In this document: piece by piece, positions 13,949 to 25,119 of the stretch
How positions within the stretch are numbered: position 1 is the stretch's first letter
Layout of the letters: every line of letters starts with the position of its first letter
Assembly (NCBI GenBank): GCA_977030845.1
Contig: OZ365109.1
Span: forward strand, 15,934,001 to 15,998,000
Direction of reading: 5' to 3'
Length of the DNA: 64,000 bases
DNA from: Fimbriosthenelais zetlandica
Taxonomy: Eukaryota
Program-made: the position numbers and the translations under genes
The notes under the pieces: generated by a model
What the model was told of the DNA's origin: nothing
The model's input: only the letters and a program-made list of their open reading frames with translations
The model's database searches: none

Positions 13949-15289
13949 TTAATAGTCTTCATCATCAATATCTGTCACTCGCAGCGATTGCAATGCTTTC
14001 ATTTGTTCTTTGGCCAGGGTCACAACCCCTGAAAGGTCGACGTCTTCCTCAGCTATTCTCAGATACCGACATTTATTCAGATTGGTCCATTCAACCTCGA
14101 GGGGCTCCTGTCTCTTTTTAAACACAACTTTTCCAGAGAAACTGTCATTCTTCCTCAATTTCCGTTTCTCATGAACCTTATTTTCTTTGCTGAAGGTTGG
14201 CGTACTGGGACTTATCTTCTGCTCTTTTTGAAGCACCTCCAATAATTTGTCCATTTTGTTCATCCCCTTACTGAACCCAGGGTTCATCTGCACCCATTTT
14301 CTTAACCTCTCTAAGAAGTCTATCTTTTTACCCATTAATTTCTGGCATTGTATCTCTTCCACATCGAGCAGTACTTGACGACGTTCCTCTGCGCGACCTT
14401 TCACAAGGTCGCCGTCGATGGAACTTCCAGAAATGGAAGGTCGTCGAGCAAGGTGGCGGTTGGTTGAAGGGTTCACCTCAGATCGGTCCTTCTCCCGGCT
14501 TTCCCTCTCCGTAGCATCATGAGAGGAATAACCCAGGGAGGTACCGATACTTCGAGAAGGGTGTATCCCGCGTTCTTCAGTGTTCGACGTTGCAGGACGC
14601 TGTCTCTTTGATGACGTAGCCCCACTCCTGGGAGGCTCACGAACTGCTGACGCAATAGACACTGAATTAGCACGTGGTGTCTTTGGGGAATCAGGAAGCG
14701 TCACAACGTCCTCGAAGACACTATCGAAATCTTGAAATGTAGAACAAGTCTTGGCTCTTTTCAGTGTTTTTTGTACATCCTGTGAGTCATTTCTTAATCG
14801 ATTTAAGCCTACAGCACTGGCTGCTCTGATATTCGAAACGGGCGAACGTCGTGGTGGCGCTGATTTAGTAAGCCTTTCTATCACCTCTCTCTGTTGTCTT
14901 TTCTTTCCCTGACCTTCCATGGGTTTGCCATCAGTGTCTAAGCCATTAGCAGCCATCCTCTGTTCAGCCTGCAGCCTCAAACGTTTGGCAGCAGCGGCTA
15001 TAGTAAAAGCCCCACTAACACTTACTGTGTTGATTTCTGGCTTAAACTTGCCCAGCATCTCCAGCCTCCGGAAATCCTTAATCTCTTCTGCTGTGAGGTA
15101 GGATTTGATCTTAGCCACGTTGGTTTTTAATCTCCTCTGGCTGAGTTTAACCTCGCGGCTCCCCAGTTCAAGAAGTTTCAAGGAGTATTCTTTTTCAAGT
15201 TCAAGAGCAGAGTCTCTCTTCTCGAGCAGCCGCTGTTCTTTCTGGAGCATGCAGACCGCCTGCACCTCCTTGTCTGATCCGTACCTCAT
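13949..15289 (-). CDS. Coiled-coil protein (446 aa, CDS in one exon) with C-terminal CRYLR motif; possibly CCDC190-like
   Basis: Uninterrupted 446-aa ORF with an N-terminal heptad-rich region, a Ser/Arg-rich disordered middle and WTNLNKCRYLRI near the C-terminus. A splice acceptor (ttcaaactgcag) about 60 nt upstream of the ATG implies a non-coding first exon. Family assignment is from memory of the CRYLR motif only. Confidence 0.75.
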   Translation of the reverse strand: MRYGSDKEVQAVCMLQKEQRLLEKRDSALELEKEYSLKLLELGSREVKLSQRRLKTNVAKIKSYLTAEEIKDFRRLEMLGKFKPEINTVSVSGAFTIAAAAKRLRLQAEQRMAANGLDTDGKPMEGQGKKRQQREVIERLTKSAPPRRSPVSNIRAASAVGLNRLRNDSQDVQKTLKRAKTCSTFQDFDSVFEDVVTLPDSPKTPRANSVSIASAVREPPRSGATSSKRQRPATSNTEERGIHPSRSIGTSLGYSSHDATERESREKDRSEVNPSTNRHLARRPSISGSSIDGDLVKGRAEERRQVLLDVEEIQCQKLMGKKIDFLERLRKWVQMNPGFSKGMNKMDKLLEVLQKEQKISPSTPTFSKENKVHEKRKLRKNDSFSGKVVFKKRQEPLEVEWTNLNKCRYLRIAEEDVDLSGVVTLAKEQMKALQSLRVTDIDDEDY

Positions 15290-15420
15290 TGTCTCTCAGT
15301 CTCAGTGATCAGACCTCTGAGTCGTTACACGAGGCATTAAGTATCCACCTGCAGTTTGAAATTGAGAGTAAGAGGTCATTACTGTGAAAATACTGAAGAA
15401 TAATATATTGTGCTTTAATA

Positions 15421-15708
15421 TTAAAGGGATACCAAACACTTGGTAGGCTATAAAGTTATTTTCATATGTAGTTCGGACCTTGGACAGTTGATTTCTCTAC
15501 GAATTATTGCTGGCTGATGTCTCAGTAGAGATAAATCAATTTCTAAACACGATAAGTCGCCCAAGTGACAGCGAAGCCATCTTTTAGCAAGTAGGCTATG
15601 ATGTCAAAGGATGTCACATGGTTGTTGGTTGTAATTTGTAGTGAAATCAACTATCTAAGGTCAGAACTACCTAGAAAAAGTTATACCAAATGTTTGGCAT
15701 CCCGTTAA
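15421..15708. mobile_element. TTAA-flanked MITE, family A copy 2, with ~80-bp TIRs (Kolobok-like ends)
   Basis: TTAA|AGGGATACCAAACACTTGGTA.. versus ..TACCAAATGTTTGGCATCCCG|TTAA, with a long subterminal inverted match (gtagttcggaccttggacagttgatttc / gaaatcaactatctaaggtcagaactac). The superfamily is inferred from the TTAA flanks and purine termini. Confidence 0.8.
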
Positions 15709-18700
15709 ATAATTAAATATTCTTACAAATGTATCAATCTCTACATTATAGGATGTCGGTCCGAAAAGGCATTAGAAACAAGCGCTTTTGCAATGATTCG
15801 ATCAACACTTCCTTATCAAGACCTTCTAATCAACTATCGCTATGAACAAATTCCATCAGTGCCAGGAAGAAAATCTTTCTCTCTTTTTTATAATAGTATG
15901 ATCGAGACACTCGGCTACCATGCCTTCCTACTTGGCAACAAGAGAAACAAAAGATTACAATTTATAACTAATTAATTAGGCTGTACATCTCTTATTATGT
16001 AAAGTAGGCTTTATCAACAAATACCTCACTAATGTGTGACAATTTATGATAAAACTTATCAACTTTTTGGAGAAATTTCAAATGCAATGGTCTATAGACC
16101 AGACCTAGCGATCATTTCTTTGTTTGAATTGATAAAAGAAACCCAGAAATATCAACTCTATTGTGTTTCTTTAGCAAGACTAAAATTTTAATTTATTAAT
16201 CAATTTTGACAATAATTCGTATACGTTATGGAACAACTGGTCTAGTGTATGTCTACTGTACTGTATAGTGTGTGTTTTAATGTAGTTAATTGTACATACC
16301 GCATGTAGATCTACAGTGGAAATACTCCAGTTAACTATAATAGTGTGGGTTGTTTTAATCCTTGTACATACACTGATCCACTCGAAGTTCTCGCTGATTA
16401 TTATGCTTCCATGCCACATGGGATCAAAGTATCAAATATTAATGAAATCTTGCCCCTGTTATCTGAAGTCTTATTTCCATTCCAAGGCTCCGGTTGTGAA
16501 TTATTAAATTGGAGTATTCCTCAGAATGACATTAAATAAGCATGACATTGAGTAAGTCATGTACCTATCGTTATATTATTAGTCTCAGGATTTTCCCATA
16601 TCTAACAATAGCAAGTAATAAATGTTATGGATTAATCAGATCTCGGTGTGTGTTCCTCTCCCCGGTGAATGAGTGGCCGGTTGGCAGGCACTTCACCATT
16701 GAATTCATTATACTCCTACAAGGGAGGGCACACCTTGGTCATTATGCACCTGGCCTTTTAATATTAAGACGTCTCTCTTCCGATTCAGTCCCTTGATATG
16801 TCAAACAATAACTAATGAATGTATCATACAGGTTGGCATGTGAACTACTGTAACAGGTAAACAGTTTCAATGTGTATGCATGGTTATTCATAATACCTCC
16901 GAGTATCCAAAATTGAAATTAAACTTAATTCCAATTGGGCTACCTAGGCACTTATAATTATATACATTGTACAACCATACGCTAAAGCATTGTTGTACAA
17001 CGCAGCCAAGACTGAAATGACCAAACGACATGCCTGTGAGGAGTCAAGAATTGCTTGAACTGATTGCTAGAACATAATTTGATGTGTTTGCAATAAAGTG
17101 GTTTCTCTCCAATTCACTCTCTCCCTCTGATTCCCTCCTTCCCTCTCCCTCATAACTCCCCCTCCCTCTCCTTTCTCACCTATTTCATTGAGGTATACTA
17201 GCAACGGCTTAGCAGAGTGGGTTGTAACTTAATTACCTTAAATTGTAGGCCTAAAACTAATCATATTTTACATCGCAGTTGGCAAGAAGCTATAGGATAA
17301 AGGAACATTATGGAAATATTCTTGATTGGGAATTAGCCTAGAATGATCTGAGGAAGGGCAGCTAATTCCTACAGTCTTGGACCTATCAGATTAGAATAAT
17401 TTAATATATTCCATCCATTGCCAATTACATATACAGATACATGTATTATTATAGGTCTATCCAAAGCGATGTAACATATGTCGAGAGACTTGATACCATT
17501 TTTATCTTCCCATTGTTAGACATTGCTATACCTGGTTAATAATGTTAATTTGTTCATGTCCATGTCGCGTTTATTAAACATTTTAATCTGAAAATTTCGA
17601 TATAATGTAACTCGTAGTGAATCAGTCGTATTGAAACATATTCTCGGTAAACATAATGGAATATAGTGCATACTTTTCATTTATAATTTAGCACTTAGCA
17701 GACTGTTTAGAAAACATAGGCAGTCAAGCATCGCAGGTTATTTTATTGCTACCTTGTCCACAGCTGAGAATGCGCTGTTTATTCAAGGACTTTATATAAC
17801 ATGGTGCAAAACATGTTTTTGTTTGCATTGATATTAAATAGAAATAAAAATATAATTATTGAATGCACACAATCCCTCGGCACAAAAACAAAAACAAAAG
17901 GAATGGATTAAACGAGTTTAGAACAAAACAATTATGGAACCCTTGTTATCCTTATTATTACCAAGAACATCTGCGACTTTATTTTAAAGAGCTCACAATT
18001 GGCCAATAGGCTTTCAGCACTGGTCAGCAGCTATATAGGCCTACTCTATTGAACTCTCATGTAAGCTATGTAGTAGGCATATATAGCCAATTCGATATCA
18101 ACATCTGTTGATCTTTAAGTCTATTACCGAAACAGTGACTGATTTAAGGCTGCTTGCTAACGTAAATTATGCTACCCATAACAATTAAGTAACTACAAGT
18201 TGCTACTTGAGAAAAAGATAAGAACAAATAAATTTAGGCCTAAAAGTATATTATAACCCTCAGTAGAATAAATGTAATGCATTGTATTAGATAAATGAAA
18301 TGGCGAAACTGAATCAGCGATTGTTCATCTAACTCACATCTAAAAATATTTAATGCTTTCAAATGAGAATACTGTACATGAACATAATAAACAAACAAGG
18401 ACAATAAATGTCATTCAACAATTCCAGAATGATTAAATAAAGGAATTATTAAGGTTTATCGCTTATAAAAGTCCATAATTATAAGGCCAAGGTTCAGGTC
18501 TGTCAAAGGTGAAGACTGGGTATCTACAATTAATCAAATGTGAAAGGATGACCTAGGTGGAAAGAAACAGAGAGCGAGTTAAGCGGGCGAGCATTAGAAT
18601 ATCCGGTACAGTGGGGGAAAGGGATTTTTAAATAAATAAAAATAGACACAGAACTATTCAATATTCACTCTTTTAGCCTTAGCTAGGTGTAAAGGTCGCA

Positions 18701-19711
18701 ATAACTTTGTAAAAGACGTAGGTCTCTGACCCATTGTTATATTTCATTTTAAAGCTACTGTTAAATGCTTAAAAATGAATCTATAAAACATATTAATTAT
18801 AATTATACTTCCTAGATTGCTGTAAATTTGCTGTAAATCTCTGTCACTGTCTTTTTTTTACATGCATTATATGACAAATGTTGTATAAACAATAAAAAAA
18901 AAATCCCAGACATTTTGCTGCATTTTCACATGCCTCATAGAAAATAAATGCATCCAAGCGTTGAATATTTTTGTGATCTGCCTAACCTATTTTTTCTGTA
19001 AGTAGACTATACTTTCAATGCTTTCAAAATACCTAATCATATAGACCTAATTATGATATCTTCTGAACAATAAGTTTGGGAACGAGACCAATTATTAAAC
19101 AATGGATATAAATTATACAGCAGTATTATGAAACAATCAAATTGATTTAATATCGATTTCATAGAATCGATCAATGCGTTAACAGTAAAGGTTTAAATTG
19201 TGTTCGTACCCATAATTGTACCCATAAATACCCACCTACGCTGGACAACATTTTTCATAATATTTATTTAAAATGATGACATTAAATGTAATATTTATAT
19301 ATGGTAAGGTGTATAGGCCTACTCGAATAAAATGAAAAAGGGTTCCTATATAAAATAGTTTTTGGCTCCTTTTAGCCATTCTAGCCTGTAGGCTATATAA
19401 TATTAAGTTATTCAATGTTGTCCCAAACATTTCTAGGAAATTATCAAATTCCTAATACAAATCGTATTATGTACATGTGCTCTCCACATGCATTTTGATC
19501 AACTAACTGTTGGTCCTGCAGGCTATTATAATTATTCAAATAGCTGCAGGGTTATATATAATGAGAGCAATTTACTTTTAATTTGATTTATGGATGACAA
19601 ATGTAGACACTATACAGTACTAATAAAATCTGTGACTTATTATGGAGTTTCTGGAGGGGTAATAGACATTGGACCGGGGCCAATACATGTACATGCGTTC
19701 CAATTTTTCGA

Positions 19712-19745
19712 ATCACGTCATGAATCCCCCAGGTATATAAAACAT
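19712..19745 (+). promoter_or_regulatory. TATA box with upstream CRE-like site for the orphan secreted gene
   Basis: TCACGTCA (CRE-like) at ~19714 and TATATAAAA at ~19734, about 110 bp upstream of the exon-1 ATG. Confidence 0.55.
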
Positions 19746-19848
19746 CAAACCCATCAAAATGCACACTTCCATCACGGACAAGAGAAAGGGCGGATTTCGG
19801 CGAATTTCATCTTTTAAAGACGTTATTCATTGCAGGCAGTGACAGAAC

Positions 19849-22271
19849 ATGGCATCTCTCAAGTAAGAACCTTCTTCATTCCTCCCCTTAATTAATATTT
19901 CCAAACGTTAAATAGGGGCAATCCATATCAAATCGTCTGATGGCAAAAATAAATCTTCGATGATTTTGATCAAATTGAAAAGAGCCATTGTCTATACCAA
20001 TATTAAAGGGATTATGAACTTTTTTTGAAAAAAAATCCAAATGCATGGGGTCCAGCGCATCACAAAAATTCGAGGTATTTTGGACATTCCTGGAAATTGT
20101 GATTTATGCCCATCTTTAGAGGTTTATCAAATCTGAATGGCTCAATATTTCTTTTTGAAAATCCACACACATGTTGACCAGTACCTTACCCACACATATC
20201 CAGAAGATGGTGAACTTCCCATAATGTGTTACTAAGGTAACTGAGCCTCAAACATGAGCTGTCTACTCATTTATTAGCACAAATACGCCATTTTTCAATG
20301 CCCTTTTCACCAATTTAAAATTAATATTTTGACAAGCTAATTTAGAGGTTGAATTGGGTCACTGTCCTTACCATTTGGATGCATTATCTTGTTTGGGTGT
20401 ATAAGGGACTCTTTGCTAGGGAGGTCTGAAGTTGGCTCAAATTCAAAAATTGGACATATTCAACGCCCCCTGGTGGTATGGCGCCGAGGTAGTATCTATA
20501 CAAATATGCATTTTTCTGAAAGGTCAACATGTACTCCCTCAGTGTCAGAAAAACTGGGATGGTTTTTTCCCCATTTTTACGCAATCCTGGTTTGAATACT
20601 GAGTGTTTTGGGACATTTTTCCCATAGTAGCATATATAATGTAGCCTAATTAGTCCCATGGATTTTCAATGCTAAAATTGATTTTAATACATGGAACATT
20701 CAGATAGTGTCCAATGGTTAAGAAAATCGTGAGTACCATTTTTTTTCTCGGGTTTCACTTGCCACCAGGGGGCGCTTTGTTCCAATATTTTCAATTTGAA
20801 GAATTCGTAAACGTTTCAAATTCACCCCAGCAATTTCTGCATCTGTTTTCCATAAATCAATGAAATCAGATTATAGTTCTTTTAAGATAATTCTCTGAAT
20901 GTTCATCTTGTTGGCAGATAATTAGACAGATAATTAGATGATTCGTGATTGTTTTCCGATAAGAAAACATACACCATAATTATGGTATGGGTGAACCTGG
21001 CCGATTTCCAATCTTTGGGAAATGTTCCAGTTTGATAATATTTTTCAGCAACTTGTTTGAAGAATAAATTGGGACTGTTCGAAAGCTAAATCACATAATG
21101 AGACAATGCCTCATTTACTAAATTAGTACCAAAATGCAAAAATAAAAATATTTGAGCAACTATTATCTTGTGATTAGGCCTACACATAATTAGCTTTGGC
21201 TCCCTTTCTATCCGTGGTTGATGCGTTAAGTCTTTCTTCAATCTGCCAAACTGCTATATATTTTACACCTGATCATGGAATGTGAAGGGGATTAAATAAT
21301 TCTGGTAGCAATTATGAACACATAACCTTTAATGAGGTTTTCACATTGTTGTGCTACCCAGGTTAAACAATTTGATATATTTTTATTATGATATAATAAG
21401 GCCGTTTGGCATGATTCTTGATTTTGGACATTTCCTTCATTTCAGAAACCTTTTGTCTGGATTGCTCAGCTTTATCTTCTTTCTGGGTGTGAGGGGCTGG
21501 GTTCCTAGACGGGATCCCTACTATCACTATGCACCTTACTACATGGTCCACCCCAAGACATCACCAGCTTGTCGTGGCAGCAACCCTTGCTACAACATTG
21601 TCCTTACTTATGTCAGTGATGGATCACTGACCTTTGACAAGGTCTTCAATGAGCAGAAACTCATTGACCACTTCGCCATTGCTGGCTATGACAGGGCTGC
21701 GACCATCGAGGAAGCTCGCATCGCCGCTAGGCATTTCAGGAGAATGTATGGCTACGACTTTACTCACCTGAGAGATGAGGATTTCTTGCGAGGTGTGAGT
21801 TACGGGAAAGACGGCACAAGCTTCAGGCCCTATGTCTTGAGCACTGAGGCTCGTTATCGTTTTTACATGGGCGCCAACGGTGATGAAGCTCAGGTGTTCA
21901 ACAGGCCTATTTCTGATGCAGGATGGCTGCTCGAAGTGTCAAGGGACACACAATCTCGTGGAACTTACAGAGGTGTCATCCCCCGCACAGCCTTTGCGCT
22001 TTACGGTTCCTACATTATCAAGCCATGCGATGAAAGGGGTTGTCATAATGTCCTAAACCCCAGAAATCCAACCGAGGTGATCAAGATCAACTTCTGGTCA
22101 GTGGACTATATGAATGTGGTGAAGGATCCTATCACTTTCAATGGTCTCCACTGTCACGTTGAACACCCTGTTTGGGGACGAGGAAGAGCTCGGGGTTTCC
22201 TGCCAAGGAGAATTGAAGGAACTGAAATCACTGATGGAAGAAACGTTCTTACCTTCCCAGCGATACGATAA
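19849..22271 (+). CDS. Orphan secreted protein (279 aa, 2 exons)
   Basis: Exon 1, 19849-19862 (ATGGCATCTCTCAA|gtaaga), splices to the acceptor ttcatttcag|21446 in frame with the 306-aa ORF. The product MASLKNLLSGLLSFIFFLGVRG|WVPRRDPYY... has a clear signal peptide and ends GRNVLTFPAIR*. Confidence 0.85.
20003..20830. mobile_element. Probable degenerate DNA-transposon derivative in intron 1 of the secreted-protein gene, carrying an inverted pair of CCACCAGGGGGCG motifs
   Basis: Starts ttaaagggattatgaac. Inverted motifs lie at 20464-20476 and 20762-20776. Boundaries are approximate. Confidence 0.4.
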
Positions 22272-23466
22272 TTTCCCAGTGACATTACTACTGAAAACTT
22301 TTTACAAGATTAAGAAGCTTTGTCTAAATGTGTATATATATTCAGTCCCTTCTGACAGACCAATGAAAATGAAATTAACAAGGCCAATTAATGTTATTCA
22401 ACAACTCCAGAATGGATGAATAAAAGAATGATTTATGTTTAAGATTTATTGCTTATACAGGTCCATTATTATTAGGCCCAGGTTTAGGTAAACTTTATCC
22501 ATGGTTTAGATTTATCAAAAGTGAGGATTGGATACAGTTCAATAAGGGTGAAAAGATATAGCGTAAATAAAACATTGAGTGTGGAAAGTCCCTCACAAGG
22601 GATATGGCCAATGAGAGGTCTAATGATCCCTAGCCTTGCTGAATGTATGTATAAGGACAAGATTGCTAAGAGTGACTTTTTTGGGGGATTTTCCCTGCTT
22701 TTTATGCATGAACTGATTTGGGTGACTTACATATTATGGTTAAGTATATATAATATGCACGGTAGCATTTTGATTCAGCGATTGCAAGTTTGAACATAGG
22801 AGTAACAGACATAAACATATTATTTGATCATCAAGGATGCAGCTTAGCAACTTAATATATATGGGCTTCCACAACCCCACGACACCTTGTGTCGGTTAAG
22901 GTGAGTAGTTCTAATACCAACGTTGAACGCGTTTCCTGTCAGAAAAAGCACTGTATAATTATACGGGTGTATTGGGTGGCCGGCTATTATACGATAGCCT
23001 ACAAAAGGAAAAAGTACATAGTAGGCCTATCGGATAAAGTATAGGAATAGAATTCTTCGGTGATTTCTGTCAGATAAACAATCCAACATGTTGGATATGG
23101 TGCACATTATCAGAGTGTCTTACCCCGTTGTTGCATCACAATGTAATACATCCCCTACACTGTAAATCTAAGAATCATTTCAAGGAGCGTGATCTTAGAA
23201 TTTTGATTCTTAATTTCATGCTGTGATTAAACCAAGTTATCTAACATATTCCTTAATATCACTTGATAATCCTTTAGAAGTATTTTAAAACACTGCCTCT
23301 AAATATATTAAAATTACCTCGGGAACATAAATACTGTTTTTGTAACTGTAACATTACTATAAGCAGTGAACCATTTTACCAAATGTTGTCTCGGAAGTAA
23401 CAAAATGTTCTTTACTATATAGGTATGTCCAGTGGATGCTATTGATCTCATACCATATCCGTCTAT

Positions 23467-25119
23467 ATGTATGATCCACGAAAAGGACGCAAGATGAAAG
23501 GACGGAGGATTATAACAAAGATCATTGTTTGTATCTTTATTATCATAGAATGTGTCACTTCTCTAGAACTATACAAAGAAAATATCGACATTGAAGATGA
23601 TTTTAAGATCCACCAGCTCCACTCTGCTCCCATGAAGCAGCTGGGGTTGGACTATAACATAGAGTTCCCCATAGAGAAGTGCTGCCCTATCATGTACATC
23701 TACGCGCAGACCCACAACGCTCCCTACAACTCCACACACCTCCACCATCAATGCTTCGTGGGTGGAAACATCTTTGAAAATGTGGCAATCGTGAAAGCAT
23801 TCTACATTTTCATGAAACCAAACTTTCCAAAATCTAATTGTGTTGAAGACGGGCACAACATGGTGTGTAAAGGAGAGAGGACGTTAGCCTATGCAATGAA
23901 CAGAACCTGGTACTATGTTCTTGGTTATAAATGTGAGGAAAGGAAATCATTAACAATCAATATAAGTCTAAGTCTTGATATTAACAAACCTCTGACGTGT
24001 GAGAAACTTGGGTCTCACTGTTCTAATCGTTATGGCTACAGCCTCACCACGTTCCCCAATCTAAGCGGCCACCGTTCACAAAGTGAAGCACAACAACTCT
24101 TTACGTCCTGCGATCATTTAATTCGGGCCACTAAATGTTACCAGCATGGCCACGAGTTCATGTGTAAGACCATCTTCCAGGAATGTCGTAACGGATCGAT
24201 ATATTTACCGTGTCAGCGAGCATGTCATGATTTTCTCAGCGGATGTGAGGAACCGTTGAGGAAATGGGGACATAACATTACGTGTGGTAACTTCCCACCC
24301 ACCCTGGACCCTGACATCTGCTGGTACAAGCCTGTAGTCTGTCCTCACCTTACGGCCGCACGTAATGGTAACGTATCAACAACAGGCTTCACCTTACATG
24401 ATACATCCACCTACCACTGTCATCCACCATACACTTTACTAGGTTCTCCACTACGGTCATGTAACCAGTCTGGAGTATGGAATGATACTGACCCATCATG
24501 TGAGCTTACAAATAACTCTCCCATATCCCTCAGCAACCACCTTATGATTATCCTGCCTTTGTCAGTTACTGTAACCATCATTTTACTATTGCTGCTTGTA
24601 TCTGTAGTGATTCACCACAGAACCACCATAGTGCTTCTCTATAGGCACAGCTTTTATATGGAGAGCTTAGTGAGGAGATCCAGTAACGTCAAGAAGGTGT
24701 TTATAACATATAGCAGTGACGACAGGGAGATAGTGAGGTCAGTGATTTCCAGTATGACGTCAGAGCTGGGGTCAGGTTGGGAGGTCATCACCTTTGAGAG
24801 AGACTTTGTAGCAGGACGTCCACTTCTGGCATGTATCAATGAGGCGGTATGGGCGAGTCATGCTGTACTCGTGCTACTCACTAATAACTACATCCATAGT
24901 GATTGGTGTGAGTACGAGTTTACCGAAGCCATGACCAGGTCAGCCATAGATGAACAATTTAAACTAATCACTATAATGTTAGACAGTGAGGAGAAGGGGG
25001 GACACATTAAAACTGAGAATCTACCCTATCATCTCAAAACGCTTGTAGACACACGCGTTTATCTCAGATATACAGAGAGATTCTTCTGGAATAAACTACG
25101 TAAAAGTCTCACTGACTAA
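23467..25119 (+). CDS. Type-I receptor, CDS in one exon: signal peptide - Cys-rich N-domain - Frizzled CRD - sushi/CCP - TM - TIR (550 aa)
   Basis: Signal-like KGRRIITKIIVCIFIIIECVTS. Fz CRD cysteine pattern at aa ~178-285 (TFPNLSGHRSQSEA..KCY..FMCKTIFQEC..LPCQRACHDFLSGC..ITCGNFP..C). CCP at aa ~292-345 (CPHL..NG..YHCHPPYTLLGSPLRSCNQSGVW..PSC). TM at aa ~359-382. TIR at aa ~409-548 (VFITYS, ERDFVAG, SHAVLVLLTNNYIHSDWCEYEF, FWNKLRKSL). Confidence 0.92.
   Translation: MYDPRKGRKMKGRRIITKIIVCIFIIIECVTSLELYKENIDIEDDFKIHQLHSAPMKQLGLDYNIEFPIEKCCPIMYIYAQTHNAPYNSTHLHHQCFVGGNIFENVAIVKAFYIFMKPNFPKSNCVEDGHNMVCKGERTLAYAMNRTWYYVLGYKCEERKSLTINISLSLDINKPLTCEKLGSHCSNRYGYSLTTFPNLSGHRSQSEAQQLFTSCDHLIRATKCYQHGHEFMCKTIFQECRNGSIYLPCQRACHDFLSGCEEPLRKWGHNITCGNFPPTLDPDICWYKPVVCPHLTAARNGNVSTTGFTLHDTSTYHCHPPYTLLGSPLRSCNQSGVWNDTDPSCELTNNSPISLSNHLMIILPLSVTVTIILLLLLVSVVIHHRTTIVLLYRHSFYMESLVRRSSNVKKVFITYSSDDREIVRSVISSMTSELGSGWEVITFERDFVAGRPLLACINEAVWASHAVLVLLTNNYIHSDWCEYEFTEAMTRSAIDEQFKLITIMLDSEEKGGHIKTENLPYHLKTLVDTRVYLRYTERFFWNKLRKSLTD

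Noticed and set aside
15400-19700. Short ORFs at 15793, 16180, 16316, 16345, 16542 and 19236
   Set aside because: No recognisable domains or consistent splice chains; AT-rich intergenic or UTR sequence.
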